A stretch of DNA of 38,221 bases from Octopus bimaculoides (lineage: Eukaryota): contig NC_068997.1 in assembly GCF_001194135.2 (NCBI RefSeq), positions 52,489,211 to 52,527,431 of the forward strand, read 5' to 3'. Both the position numbers and the translations under genes were made by a program. Below the pieces are notes generated by a model. The model saw only the letters and a list, made by a program, of their open reading frames with translations, ran no database searches and was not told the DNA's origin. This document shows positions 23,434 through 35,139 of the stretch, piece after piece (position 1 is the first letter of the stretch; every line of letters starts with the position of its first letter).

Positions 23434-24499
23434 AAAATTACTGGTATACATATATATGTGTCTGCTGTAATGAATCCATAAACACATATAAAACATCCAA
23501 GGGTATATTTTTTCCCCTCTCAAGATATGCTCATGTCATATAAATTTAATATTGAATTTATATTTACTGAGTATTAATTGAAACAGCTGTAAGGGATGAT
23601 AATTAATTTATTGTTAAGAATATTTATCAACTACCCAATCTCCATTTTCTTNNNNNNNNNNNNNNNNNNNNNNNNNNNNNNNNNNNNNNNNNNNNNNNNN
23701 NNNNNNNNNNNNNNNNNNNNNNNNNNNNNNNNNNNNNNNNNNNNNNNNNNNATATACATATATATATATATATATATACATATATACATACATACATACA
23801 TTATATATCACATAATACCACACTATCATGGACAACAGAACCATGCATACATACACAATCACACACTCCACCAGCCTTACACACATACACATCCATACAT
23901 TCCTTGTCTCGGAAGTCACACACATACATAATGCACAAATACATACACACATAGATATGCACGTACGCGCACACTTACACACATTCTCTACATATACAGA
24001 ATACTGAGAGCCATTATTTCACACACACACACACTCGCACACATACACACACTCACACAGAGTCAGAAATACACACACTCACACAACACAGAGATGTGTC
24101 TAACTTTCGCAGAGCGATGCATCTTTCTCCCTTCTCCCTTTAAACGCTCTCCTCCCCCCCTCTCTCTCTCACTACCTTTCTCTCTCTCTCTTCCACCTCC
24201 ATCACATCTCCGACACCCCCTCTCGTCCATCCTATCCCATTACATGGCAATCTTCGCTGTTTCACGATCAAATAAGATCGTTCCAATATGAACGAAGAGG
24301 AGAATTTATCAACGCCTCCGTCAGACCGCGGCTGTCAAAACCTCGTGGTTGTCTCCCTGCAATTTATAAACTCTTCTGTCTAAGAAGTAACGAAAAACTT
24401 TCTGCATCAAAGACAGAACATTCGCCATATTATGGTAATTTGTTACATACCAACAACACTACCACCACAACCACCACCATCACCACCACTGCTGCTACG

Positions 24500-24543
<44 letters not shown>

Positions 24544-24555
24544 CATTATTATTAT

Positions 24556-24587
<32 letters not shown>

Positions 24588-25329
24588 AGAGGAGGAGGAG
24601 GATGTAACAGTAGCTGGTGTTGCTTTTTGTTGTTGCCCTTGATGTAGCTCTTACCGTTTTGTTGTATGTGTGCCTGTGTGTATGTGTATATATATGTGCA
24701 TGTTTATTTGTACGTGTATACATGTGTGTGTGTGTGCATTTCCATGTTCGTACGTTGCGTGAATGTTGGAAATGTTTTCAATCAATTTTCAGGCATTTAC
24801 ATTTGTTAAATGGCTTCAGGAAGTCGACAACTGATACATGTATACACATACACTCACAAACACGCACATAAATAGATACATACATACATGCAAACATACA
24901 TACATACATATGCACACACTCCCATACGACTACATATCCACGTACATGTACATAGGCACGCGCTCACGCATGCGTATATATACACAAACCTATTGACAAA
25001 TACTTTCGGTTATACGTACGTACATACAGGTATACATACATTCAGACAAACAGACATACATATATAAATGGATAAAGAGATAGATTGACAGAGAGAGAGA
25101 GAGAGGCAGAGAGAGAGTGGGAAGAAAAACAAAGAGAAACAGCTAGATAGATAAATAGATAGATTGATAGATAGATGGACACATACAAACACACACACAC
25201 ATATATATGCATGTATGTATATACATATGTGTGTGTGTGTACGTGTGTGTGTGTGTGTGTGTATCATGTTAAACCATTAATCCCAACACATTTTTTTCTC
25301 TCTGTATTTTTTTTTCTATATTTTTTCCT

Positions 25330-25445
25330 TTCATCCCTTTCTGTCGAAGAGCGTAGGCTTGAAACTGCAAAGACTTTTCCATTTTACTCGAACGTCAATT
25401 TAACACACCTGCTTGTCGTCCCCTCACATATCTTTGCCTTTAATT
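25330..25445 (+). mobile_element. Short PLE-terminal-repeat-like element with degenerate hammerhead core
   Basis: CTGTCGA-A-GAGC-GTAG-GCTT-GAAAC at 25341-25365; related to copies at 26490 and 35140. Confidence 0.55.
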
Positions 25446-25651
25446 TTCTATACATTATGTATGTATATATATATATATATATATATATNNNNNNNNNNNN
25501 NNNNNNNNNNNNNNNNNNNNNNNNNNNNNNNNNNNNNNNNNNNNNNNNNNNNNNNNNNNNNNNNNNNNNNNNNNNNNNNNNNNNNNNNNNNNNNNNNNNN
25601 NNNNNNNNNNNNNNNNNNNNNNNNNNNNNNNNNNNNNNNNNNNNNNNNNNN

Positions 25652-25687
<36 letters not shown>

Positions 25688-25748
25688 TGTATACATATAT
25701 AAAAGAAGTTGAAAATGCACTGTGATAGCTTTTTAAACTTTATTTAAA

Positions 25749-25897
25749 CTTCAACATTTAAATTTAATTTTTGTCAAAATATTTTCATCGCTTTGAAACC
25801 GCGACCTGTTCACTGACAAAATTTCGTGCTGCATCTGTCAGTGAACAGGTCAAAACGATGAAAATATTTTCACAAAAATTAAATTTAAATATTGAAG
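25749..25897. repeat. Inverted repeat: 42-bp outer arms (40/42), 16-bp perfect inner arms, 17-nt loop
   Basis: 25749-25790 pairs with 25856-25897; 25803-25818 pairs with 25836-25851. Confidence 0.93.
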
Positions 25898-26267
25898 TGA
25901 ATCTAACGGGTTTTTTTTGTGTGTTTTTAAATGGTTTATAAACAGGTACATTTATATATTTATATCTATGAATTTTTGTGTTTATAAATTTGTATATATC
26001 TTTGAATTTTTTTATATATTTATAAATTTTCATGTATATGTATGTATTTATAAATTCTTAGAAATTTTTTATATATAATATAGATGAATGCATCTATGTA
26101 TGTATATTGTACACCATGGAGAATTTCGTTAATATGGACAGAATGAATATTATACATCGGCCTTTGAATTTGTTTTCTCCTCTCCTTAATTTTATTTTCC
26201 TGAAGCACTATCAGAGTGCTACTCGGTTGTATAAAGTGGATATCTATATCACTTATTTCTTCATTAT

Positions 26268-26324
<57 letters not shown>

Positions 26325-26340
26325 TTATCTATCTATCTAC

Positions 26341-26380
<40 letters not shown>

Positions 26381-26417
26381 ATATNNNNNNNNNNTATCTA
26401 TTTATCTATCTATCTAC

Positions 26418-26457
<40 letters not shown>

Positions 26458-26489
26458 ATATTGGCCATTTTTTCTTCCTCCGTCTTCCC

Positions 26490-26640
26490 TTCTGTGGACT
26501 TTCCTATGATTCCGACGAAGAGCTCCACTTGAAACGTCAAATTCTCTCTCTTTCCTTTCCCGAGCGTCCAGTAACACAATGTCTGTATCACGTCCTCGCG
26601 TTGTTGTTTTTTGTTGTTTTTTTGTCGTTTTTCTTTTTTG
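26490..26640 (+). mobile_element. Short PLE-terminal-repeat-like element with hammerhead-like core
   Basis: CCGACGA-A-GAG-CTCCA-CTT-GAAAC-GTC at 26512-26538; downstream GAGCGTC..ACGTCCTCGCGTTGTTGTTTT is shared with the minus-strand copy at 35140-35300. Confidence 0.65.
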
Positions 26641-28397
26641 AACTTACTATATATATATATATCGTTCACAAACCTTTTAACAGTACGGGATAAGGTGAAA
26701 GTGACCTAAGTTGACGTGTGATCGGATCGAACTTAGAACTAGAAGCGTTTCTTAACTACACAGCCATAGACTGAAATTAGAGTGGAAGTGTTTTAGTGAG
26801 TGTCGGGGCAGGGGCGTGGGTGTGTGTGTGTATGTGTGACAAAATGTGTTTGAGCGTGTGTATACGAATGTGCGTATGGTTGTTTGAGTGTGTGAGTCGG
26901 CGTGTGCGCACGTCTTGTATATGTGAGTGTGTCTATGTTTGTGTGTGAGCGTGTGTGTATGTTTAAAAGATTATATGTTTGAGTGCGCCTATGTGTGCGT
27001 ATGTGTGTGTGTGCGTGTGAATATGTGAGTGTGTGTCGCAAAGTGTGTCAGTGTGTTTAGGGACGTGTGTGTGTATTTATGAATATGTGAAGTTGACAGT
27101 ATATGTATGTATAGCTTTATGAATGTGTATGTGAATGTGTATATGTATGTGAGAATGTATGTGTGCGTTTATATATGTCTGTGCATATGTGTGTGCAAAT
27201 ACGTTTACGTATGTGTGTATCTAAGCGCGACTGTGCGTTTGTGTGTCTGTGTATGTATATGTGTAAGTATGTGTACGTATATATGTATGAGTGTATATGC
27301 GTATGTGTGTGTGTGAGTGTGTGTAATNNNNNNNNNNNNNNNNNNNNNNNNNNNNNNNNNNNNNNNNNNNNNNNNNNNNNNNNNNNNNNNNNNNNNNNNN
27401 NNNNNNNNNNNNNNNNNNNNNNNNNNNNNNNNNNNNNNNNNNNNNNNNNNNNNNNNNNNNNNNNNNNNNNNNNNNNNNNNNNNNNNNNNNNNNNNNNNNN
27501 NNNNNNNNNNNNNNNNNNNNNNNNNNNNNNNNNNNNNNNNNNNNNNNNNNNNNNNNNNNNNNNNNNNNNNNNNNNNNNNNNNNNNNNNNNNNNNNNNNNN
27601 NNNNNNNNNNNNNNNNNNNNNNNNNNNNNNNNNNNNNNNNNNNNNNNNNNNNNNNNNNNNNNNNNNNNNNNNNNNNNNNNNNNNNNNNNNNNNNNNNNNN
27701 NNNNNNNNNNNNNNNNNNNNNNNNNNNNNNNNNNNNNNNNNNNNNNNNNNNNNNNNNNNNNNNNNNNNNNNNNNNNNNNNNNNNNNNNNNNNNNNNNNNN
27801 NNNNNNNNNNNNNNNNNNNNNNNNNNNNNNNNNNNNNNNNNNNNNNNNNNNNNNNNNNNNNNNNNNNNNNNNNNNNNNNNNNNNNNNNNNNNNNNNNNNN
27901 NNNNNNNNNNNNNNNNNNNNNNNNNNNNNNNNNNNNNNNNNNNNNNNNNNNNNNNNNNNNNNNNNNNNNNNNNNNNNNNNNNNNNNNNNNNNNNNNNNNN
28001 NNNNNNNNNNNNNNNNNNNNNNNNNNNNNNNNNNNNNNNNNNNNNNNNNNNNNNNNNNNNNNNNNNNNNNNNNNNNNNNNNNNNNNNNNNNNNNNNNNNN
28101 NNNNNNNNNNNNNNNNNNNNNNNNNNNNNNNNNNNNNNNNNNNNNNNNNNNNNNNNNNNNNNNNNNNNNNNNNNNNNNNNNNNNNNNNNNNNNNNNNNNN
28201 NNNNNNNNNNNNNNNNNNNNNNNNNNNNNNNNNNNNNNNNNNNNNNNNNNNNNNNNNNNNNNNNNNNNNNNNNNNNNNNNNNNNNNNNNNNNNNNNNNNN
28301 NNNNNNNNNNNNNNNTATATATATATACATACATACATATATAGAGAGAGAGGGAGAGAGAGTGGTAGGAGATAGAAAGACAGAAAGATAGATAGAG

Positions 28398-28470
<73 letters not shown>

Positions 28471-28854
28471 CAAATCGGTAGATAAATAGAATAGATAGTT
28501 ATGCCAATGCATATACAATGTATGGAAGTTTGAATAAACGGATGAAAAGTTTCCCTTTGAAGTCAAAGTATCACTAAGGCCTTTGAAAAAAACACAAACA
28601 CTCGCTTCCAGTTTGTTTCCAGAATAAACTATATTAGTTAAACTATAAAATGAAGAATCTATGTTTATATACATTCCACAATTCTGTATACACACACACA
28701 CACCCACATATATATATGTTTGTATGATGGTGAAATTATCTGCCTGGATATAACAATGAATGTGTGTGTGTATATACATGTGCGTAAGTGGGGGGGGGGG
28801 GTACACGCGCTCGTGCATTTGTGTGTGTGCGTGTGTGTGGTGTCATATGCACAA

Positions 28855-28987
28855 TCGTTACCATGTCGAACGGAATGCTTGACGGCATTTCGTACGTCGT
28901 TACGTTCTGAGTTCAAATTTTACCGAGGTCATCCGTACCTGTCATTCCTTTCGGGGTTGATGAAATAAGTACCAGTCATGTACTAGC
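28855..28987 (+). mobile_element. SINE family A, diverged
   Basis: ACGTTCTGAGTTCAAATTTTACCGAGGTC..CCTTTCGGGGTTGATGAAATAAGTACCAGT. Confidence 0.85.
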
Positions 28988-30471
28988 TTATATATATATA
29001 TATNNNNNNNNNNNNNNNNNNNNNNNNNNNNNNNNNNNNNNNNNNNNNNNNNNNNNNNNNNNNNNNNNNNNNNNNNNNNNNNNNNNNNNNNNNNNNNNNN
29101 NNNNNNNNNNNNNNNNNNNNNNNNNNNNNNNNNNNNNNNNNNNNNNNNNNNNNNNNNNNNNNNNNNNNNNNNNNNNNNNNNNNNNNNNNNNNNNNNNNNN
29201 NNNNNNNNNNNNNNNNNNNNNNNNNNNNNNNNNNNNNNNNNNNNNNNNNNNNNNNNNNNNNNNNNNNNNNNNNNNNNNNNNNNNNNNNNNNNNNNNNNNN
29301 NNNNNNNNNNNNNNNNNNNNNNNNNNNNNNNNNNNNNNNNNNNNNNNNNNNNNNNNNNNNNNNNNNNNNNNNNNNNNNNNNNNNNNNNNNNNNNNNNNNN
29401 NNNNNNNNNNNNNNNNNNNNNNNNNNNNNNNNNNNNNNNNNNNNNNNNNNNNNNNNNNNNNNNNNNNNNNNNNNNNNNNNNNNNNNNNNNNNNNNNNNNN
29501 NNNNNNNNNNNNNNNNNNNNNNNNNNNNNNNNNNNNNNNNNNNNNNNNNNNNNNNNNNNNNNNNNNNNNNNNNNNNNNNNNNNNNNNNNNNNNNNNNNNN
29601 NNNNNNNNNNNNNNNNNNNNNNNNNNNNNNNNNNNNNNNNNNNNNNNNNNNNNNNNNNNNNNNNNNNNNNNNNNNNNNNNNNNNNNNNNNNNNNNNNNNN
29701 NNNNNNNNNNNNNNNNNNNNNNNNNNNNNNNNNNNNNNNNNNNNNNNNNNNNNNNNNNNNNNGTATGTATGTATAATTTTTACCATTTGTGAGTTCCAAT
29801 CTGAATTTCCAAAACTATTTGAACTAATGATTACTTCCATTCATGATATAAAAGAACTTTTTCTTCTTGTAGAATGAACTCTTAAATGAAGAAACTAACC
29901 AGTAGTTCGCGTTCTATGTCCTTTGGGACTCTTTTTTTTTTTTTTTTTACTGGAGAGAAAAGTTTCGATCAATAGCAAAATCGCTACTTAAAGGAATCTT
30001 ATCCAAAACCATTATCTTTGATATGTATATATTCATAGTCTTAAAAACTAGATTTAATTGTACCCGAGACGAGTAATCGAACCAAAACTACCATGCCGCT
30101 GCTCTGTCAAAACAACGCAACGTGATATGACATTAACTGTTAGTATTTTCCTCTGATATGTCTCTGGGTTAAAAATCTAATGATTCTTTCACGCTTATGA
30201 TTATATCAACATCGCCATGCATGACTGATGTCGCCGCGTTTCATTCATCATCTGTATCGAAATCTTAGGAATCAACTGGAAATCGACATTTACAATTCAA
30301 CAAATTCGACAAATTCGATATTTCTAAATTCAGCTGGATTGTTTTCCAACCAATGTATATCTGTAATGTTGCTAAACCCGTTAACTATTGCGCCGGTTAT
30401 ATTCTGTTGTTCAAAACTCGTGATGTTTGAGTCGAAGTTCTGTTCGTGGTTATTTAAGTGTCACGTACGCT

Positions 30472-30585
30472 TCACGTCTGGCTAAACATTGCCCTTTCAT
30501 CGTCGCATTCATTATTTATGAGGTTGATGTTATCGTCAGCTTTTGTGTTGACTTTTCCTTCAGAGCTTAGTGCGTGTGCCTCTGT
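30472..30585 (-). CDS. Possible exon or pseudo-exon of an unknown gene
   Basis: Polypyrimidine tract and acceptor CTCTGTTTTTCTTTCGGTTCGTTAG, then TEAHALSSEGKVNTKADDNINLINNECDDERAMFSQT*; no recognisable domain. Confidence 0.15.
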   Translation of the reverse strand, partial: TEAHALSSEGKVNTKADDNINLINNECDDERAMFSQT

Positions 30586-31700
30586 CTAACGAACCGAAAG
30601 AAAAACAGAGCTTGGGACCGAATTTACGGAAATCAACTATCGGAGACTATCTGTTGAATTGGGCAGTATCGCTTGAAAATTGCTCAAAGGTAACGATATA
30701 AAACATAGGGTAACATGTATCAAGTTGGAACAAGAACCCTATATATGAAATATGTGTGTGAGTCCATATATACATATGTATGCCGTATTCATACACATAC
30801 ATACATGTATATGCATATATATACATACATACATACATACATATATATNNNNNNNNNNNNNNNNNNNNNNNNNNNNNNNNNNNNNNNNNNNNNNNNNNNN
30901 NNNNNNNNNNNNNNNNNNNNNNNNNNNNNNNNNNNNNNNNNNNNNNNNNNNNNNNNNNNNNNNNNNNNNNNNNNNNNNNNNNNNNNNNNNNNNNNNNNNN
31001 NNNNNNNNNNNNNNNNNNNNNNNNNNNNNNNNNNNNNNNNNNNNNNNNNNNNNNNNNNNNNNNNNNNNNNNNNNNNNNNNNNNNNNNNNNNNNNNNNNNN
31101 NNNNNNNNNNNNNNNNNNNNNNNNNNNNNNNNNNNNNNNNNNNNNNNNNNNNNNNNNNNNNNNNNNNNNNNNNNNNNNNNNNNNNNNNNNNNNNNNNNNN
31201 NNNNNNNNNNNNNNNNNNNNNNNNNNNNNNNNNNNNNNNNNNNNNNNNNNNNNNNNNNNNNNNNNNNNNNNNNNNNNNNNNNNNNNNNNNNNNNNNNNNN
31301 NNNNNNNNNNNNNNNNNNNNNNNNNNNNNNNNNNNNNNNNNNNNNNNNNNNTATATATATATATATATATATATATATCAAATGAATCACGTCATAACCT
31401 TATCCATCTATTGGTTTCATACTCGGTCATAATGTCTTACGTTTAAGATGATTCCCATGCATTCCCTGAAGAGAAGGTTACAATTTTAACATAACAGATC
31501 CCTATGGATCACACAGGTTGTAATCCTTTGAAACATATGTAGGAATAAAGTATGCAATCATAACATGCGTTTTCTCCATTCCTTAAATGGTGCATCAGCA
31601 TGGCCGCAGCTCTGAGCTGAAACCTTGAAATGAAATGAAATGAAAAATATATATGCATACATATAAAAGAAAAAGAGGAGGTCAGGATTTTGAATAATAA

Positions 31701-31742
31701 TTTATTGAGCGCTTTCACGTCGTTTCAGAGATTCATCAGGAA
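31701..31742 (-). mobile_element. Remnant of a PLE-like terminal repeat: hammerhead core without stem II, followed by AATAAA
   Basis: Minus strand CCTGATGA-ATCTCT-GAAAC-GACGTGAAAGCGCTC-AATAAA. Confidence 0.4.
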
Positions 31743-31810
31743 TGACGTTATTACACAAAATTTGTGCCTTTTGTATATATGTGGTGCGTGTATGTATACA
31801 TGCGCGTGTT

Positions 31811-31845
<35 letters not shown>

Positions 31846-32058
31846 CTTTGTCGTAGCGAAGTACGGTTACGTGAAACTCAGCATATTGTTTTAAAGCTTC
31901 ACTTTCATTATAGTTATTATAACTATTGGCTATTATTATTTCGTTTATACGGAGACATACACACATACACACACACATACACACACTCACACACACATAT
32001 ACTCACACACATATATACACACATGCATTTGCACATATACATATGTGTACATGTCTAA

Positions 32059-32095
<37 letters not shown>

Positions 32096-32524
32096 TGTAT
32101 GTGAGTGAGCGTTTGTGCATGTGTGTGCGTGTGTGAGTATGTATAAAGATGTCAAAGTACGTATATCTATACGTATATCTCTGTTTTATTAGTGTGTGTG
32201 TGCGCGCGCATGTTTTCATGTGTGCATTTGGGGTGTATGTGGTTGTCTGTTTATACATATATATATATCTATGTATGCATATGACTGTATTTGCATATGC
32301 GTATTGGCATGCACGTGCGTGCTTGTGTATGTGTGTGTGTGTGTGGGGGGGGGCGTGTGTGTGTATGTGTGTGTGTGTGTGTGTCCGTGCGTGTGTGTTT
32401 CGTTCCGGATCTGATATAATTGACTTACAACAGACAGTTGTAAGATCCGGGTGAAAATTAGCGTGAAGTCCTCCCACTGAGATTGTTGGTGAATGTCATT
32501 TTAACTCTGTGGGTGGGGAACGTC

Positions 32525-32886
32525 AGCATCACCACCACCACCACCACCACCGGCACCACTCTCAGCGCCAACACCATCAACATCATCATCCTCATCATCG
32601 TCATCATTCTCATCCTCATCATCATCATCGTCATCATCATCATCGTCATCATCAATATCATCTTGATGACAAGCACTACCACGATCACCATCACCGTCAT
32701 CATCGTCATCATTGTCATCATCATCAAGGTCACCACCACCACCACCACCATCATCATCATTCATATCGTCATCTCTATCGCCGTGAACACCGCTAGCATC
32801 ATCTCTCTCACTGTCGTCGTCGTCATCGTTCATGACGTCATCATCATCATCATCCTCTTCCTCCTCCTCCTCCTCCTCATCATCAT

Positions 32887-32933
<47 letters not shown>

Positions 32934-32935
32934 TT
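32525..32935. repeat. Trinucleotide mosaic of (CAC)n, (CAT)n, (CTC)n, (ACT)n
   Basis: Direct sequence; produces poly-His, poly-Ile and poly-Asp ORFs in several frames. Confidence 0.92.
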
Positions 32936-33296
32936 ATTGAAATGGAAGTTGAGGGTGGAGAGGGAAGTGTTGCCTTGTAGCAAGTTTATTGAAAGGTGGG
33001 TGAATTTTGGAAGAATGGCCAGTGTGAAAGGGTCAATTCTGAGCATGCACCTGTGAGAAATAAAAGGAGAAGGACTCTTGCTCTGTTGGTCACGCACCCA
33101 TGGCTTTTGTGGGGTTTTCCACGAGGTCCTTAAAGTGCCTCCTCTATTGGGAGTTTTAAATTGTTTAATTTTAATTGTTATTATATTGTTTACACATTGT
33201 AAAACCCACTGTATCGTCCTGTTTTTGTCTTTTATGTTTTTGTATGTCTTTTAATGTAATTTTATGTAAGCCCTTGTGGCCAATAAATGAATTTAT

Positions 33297-33297
<1 letters not shown>

Positions 33298-33392
<95 letters not shown>

Positions 33393-33395
33393 CAT
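33298..33395. repeat. (AAT)n abutting (ATT)n: self-complementary AT-rich block
   Basis: About 11 ATA units followed directly by about 21 ATT units, downstream of an AATAAA-containing 3' UTR-like segment. Confidence 0.9.
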
Positions 33396-33409
33396 TGTTA
33401 GTCAGGGAC

Positions 33410-33587
33410 AAGCTGTCAGAATCGTTTAATCCCCGCGGACAAAATGTTTCGCGGCATTTCGTCCGTCTTCATGTTCTGAAGAAGAAGAAGAAGAAGAAGA
33501 AGAAGAAGAAGAAGAAGAAGAAGAAGAAGAAGAAGAAGAAGAAGAAGAAGAAGAAGAAGAAGAAGAAGAAGAAGAAGAAGAAGAAGA
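33410..33587 (+). mobile_element. SINE family A head truncated by a (GAA)n tract of about 36 units (33478-33587)
   Basis: AGCTGTCAGAATCGTT..GCGGCATTTCGTCCGTCTTCATGTTCTGA then pure GAA repeat. Confidence 0.78.
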
Positions 33588-34075
33588 TTAACCATAACAA
33601 CATCAACAATGACACCGACAAAGATGACGACAACAAAACAAAAGCGACAGCCTTAAATTCTAGTTCAGTCTGCTTTTATTTTATTTCAAGATTGATAATG
33701 CAACAATAGATGTTATAAGTTGACGTTTGTTTACTTACAAAGATCAAGAGTAGTGAAGAATTGTGGGTAATTCATCACGAGATGCTGATGCCTCATCAAA
33801 CAAACTAGACGCCATTTTGTTTTTTAGTTTATACACTTCCGACATTTTTGTTCGGTTTAATTGAAGTTTGTTGAGATTTCGTCGAGGGTTTTTCATTGTA
33901 ATAAAAAGTGAAGTTTGATGATGTTTTGAATTTCATTGTCGGAGTCTTTTTGTTGTCTGTCTGTATCTCTGTCGCCCCTCGGTAATTCATCTTATTCTTT
34001 AAATTTGTAAATATATAAAGAGACTCGAAACAGTCGCATACGATTTACAGCCACATATGCACATTTGCATTAACT

Positions 34076-34189
34076 CATGTAAGCACATACATATATATAC
34101 AAGTGTTCATGTGTCATGAATATATATATATATATATATGTATATTCATGACACATGAACACTTGTATATATATGTATGTGCTTACATG
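34076..34189. repeat. 114-bp spacerless palindrome centred on (TA)n
   Basis: Paired positions sum to 68265; 56/57 pairs complementary (single T/G at 34125/34140). Confidence 0.95.
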
Positions 34190-35139
34190 TAAGTATGTAC
34201 ATATATGTGTGTATACATGTATATATATTCTTTGTATTATTACATTATTGAACGCACACGTCCTATTTTGCAAGTAAGTCTACTATTATTCTGACGTGAC
34301 TATCTTTCTATCTATCTATCTATCTATCTGTCTATCTATCTATCTATCTTTCTATCTATTTATCTATCTGTCTTCCTCCATCTTTCTATCTATACCTCTG
34401 TCCTGGCCTCTACTTCACTGCTATACCCTTCTGTCCCTTCCTCCTTGTTCCACTTCCTCCCTCCACCATCCTCTCTATCTATTTATCTATCTGTCTTNNN
34501 NNNNNNNNNNNNNNNNNNNNNNNNNNNNNNNNNNNNNNNNNNNNNNNNNNNNNNNNNNNNNNNNNNNNNNNNNNNNNNNNNNNNNNNNNNNNNNNNNNNN
34601 NNNNNNNNNNNNNNNNNNNNNNNNNNNNNNNNNNNNNNNNNNNNNNNNNNNNNNNNNNNNNNNNNNNNNNNNNNNNNNNNNNNNNNNNNNNNNNNNNNNN
34701 NNNNNNNNNNNNNNNNNNNNNNNNNNNNNNNNNNNNNNNNNNNNNNNNNNNNNNNNNNNNNNNNNNNNNNNNNNNNNNNNNNNNNNNNNNNNNNNNNNNN
34801 NNNNNNNNNNNNNNNNNNNNNNNNNNNNNNNNNNNNNNNNNNNNNNNNNNNNNNNNNNNNNNNNNNNNNNNNNNNNNNNNNNNNNNNNNNNNNNNNNNNN
34901 NNNNNNNNNNNNNNNNNNNNNNNNNNNNNNNNNNNNNNNNNNNNNNNNNNNNNNNNNNNNNNNNNNNNNNNNNNNNNNNNNNNNNNNNNNNNNNNNNNNN
35001 NNNNNNNNNNNNNNNNNNNNNNNNNNNNNNNNNNNNNNNNNNNNNNNNNNNNNNNNNNNNNNNNNNNNNNNNNNNNNNNNNNNNNNNNNNNNNNNNNNNN
35101 NNNNNNNNNNNNNNNATATATATATATATATATATATAC

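Noticed and set aside
32458-33097. His-rich, Asp/Glu-rich and hydrophobic ORFs (95-198 aa)
   Set aside because: All are readings of one trinucleotide mosaic, open in several frames on both strands, with no splice or domain support.
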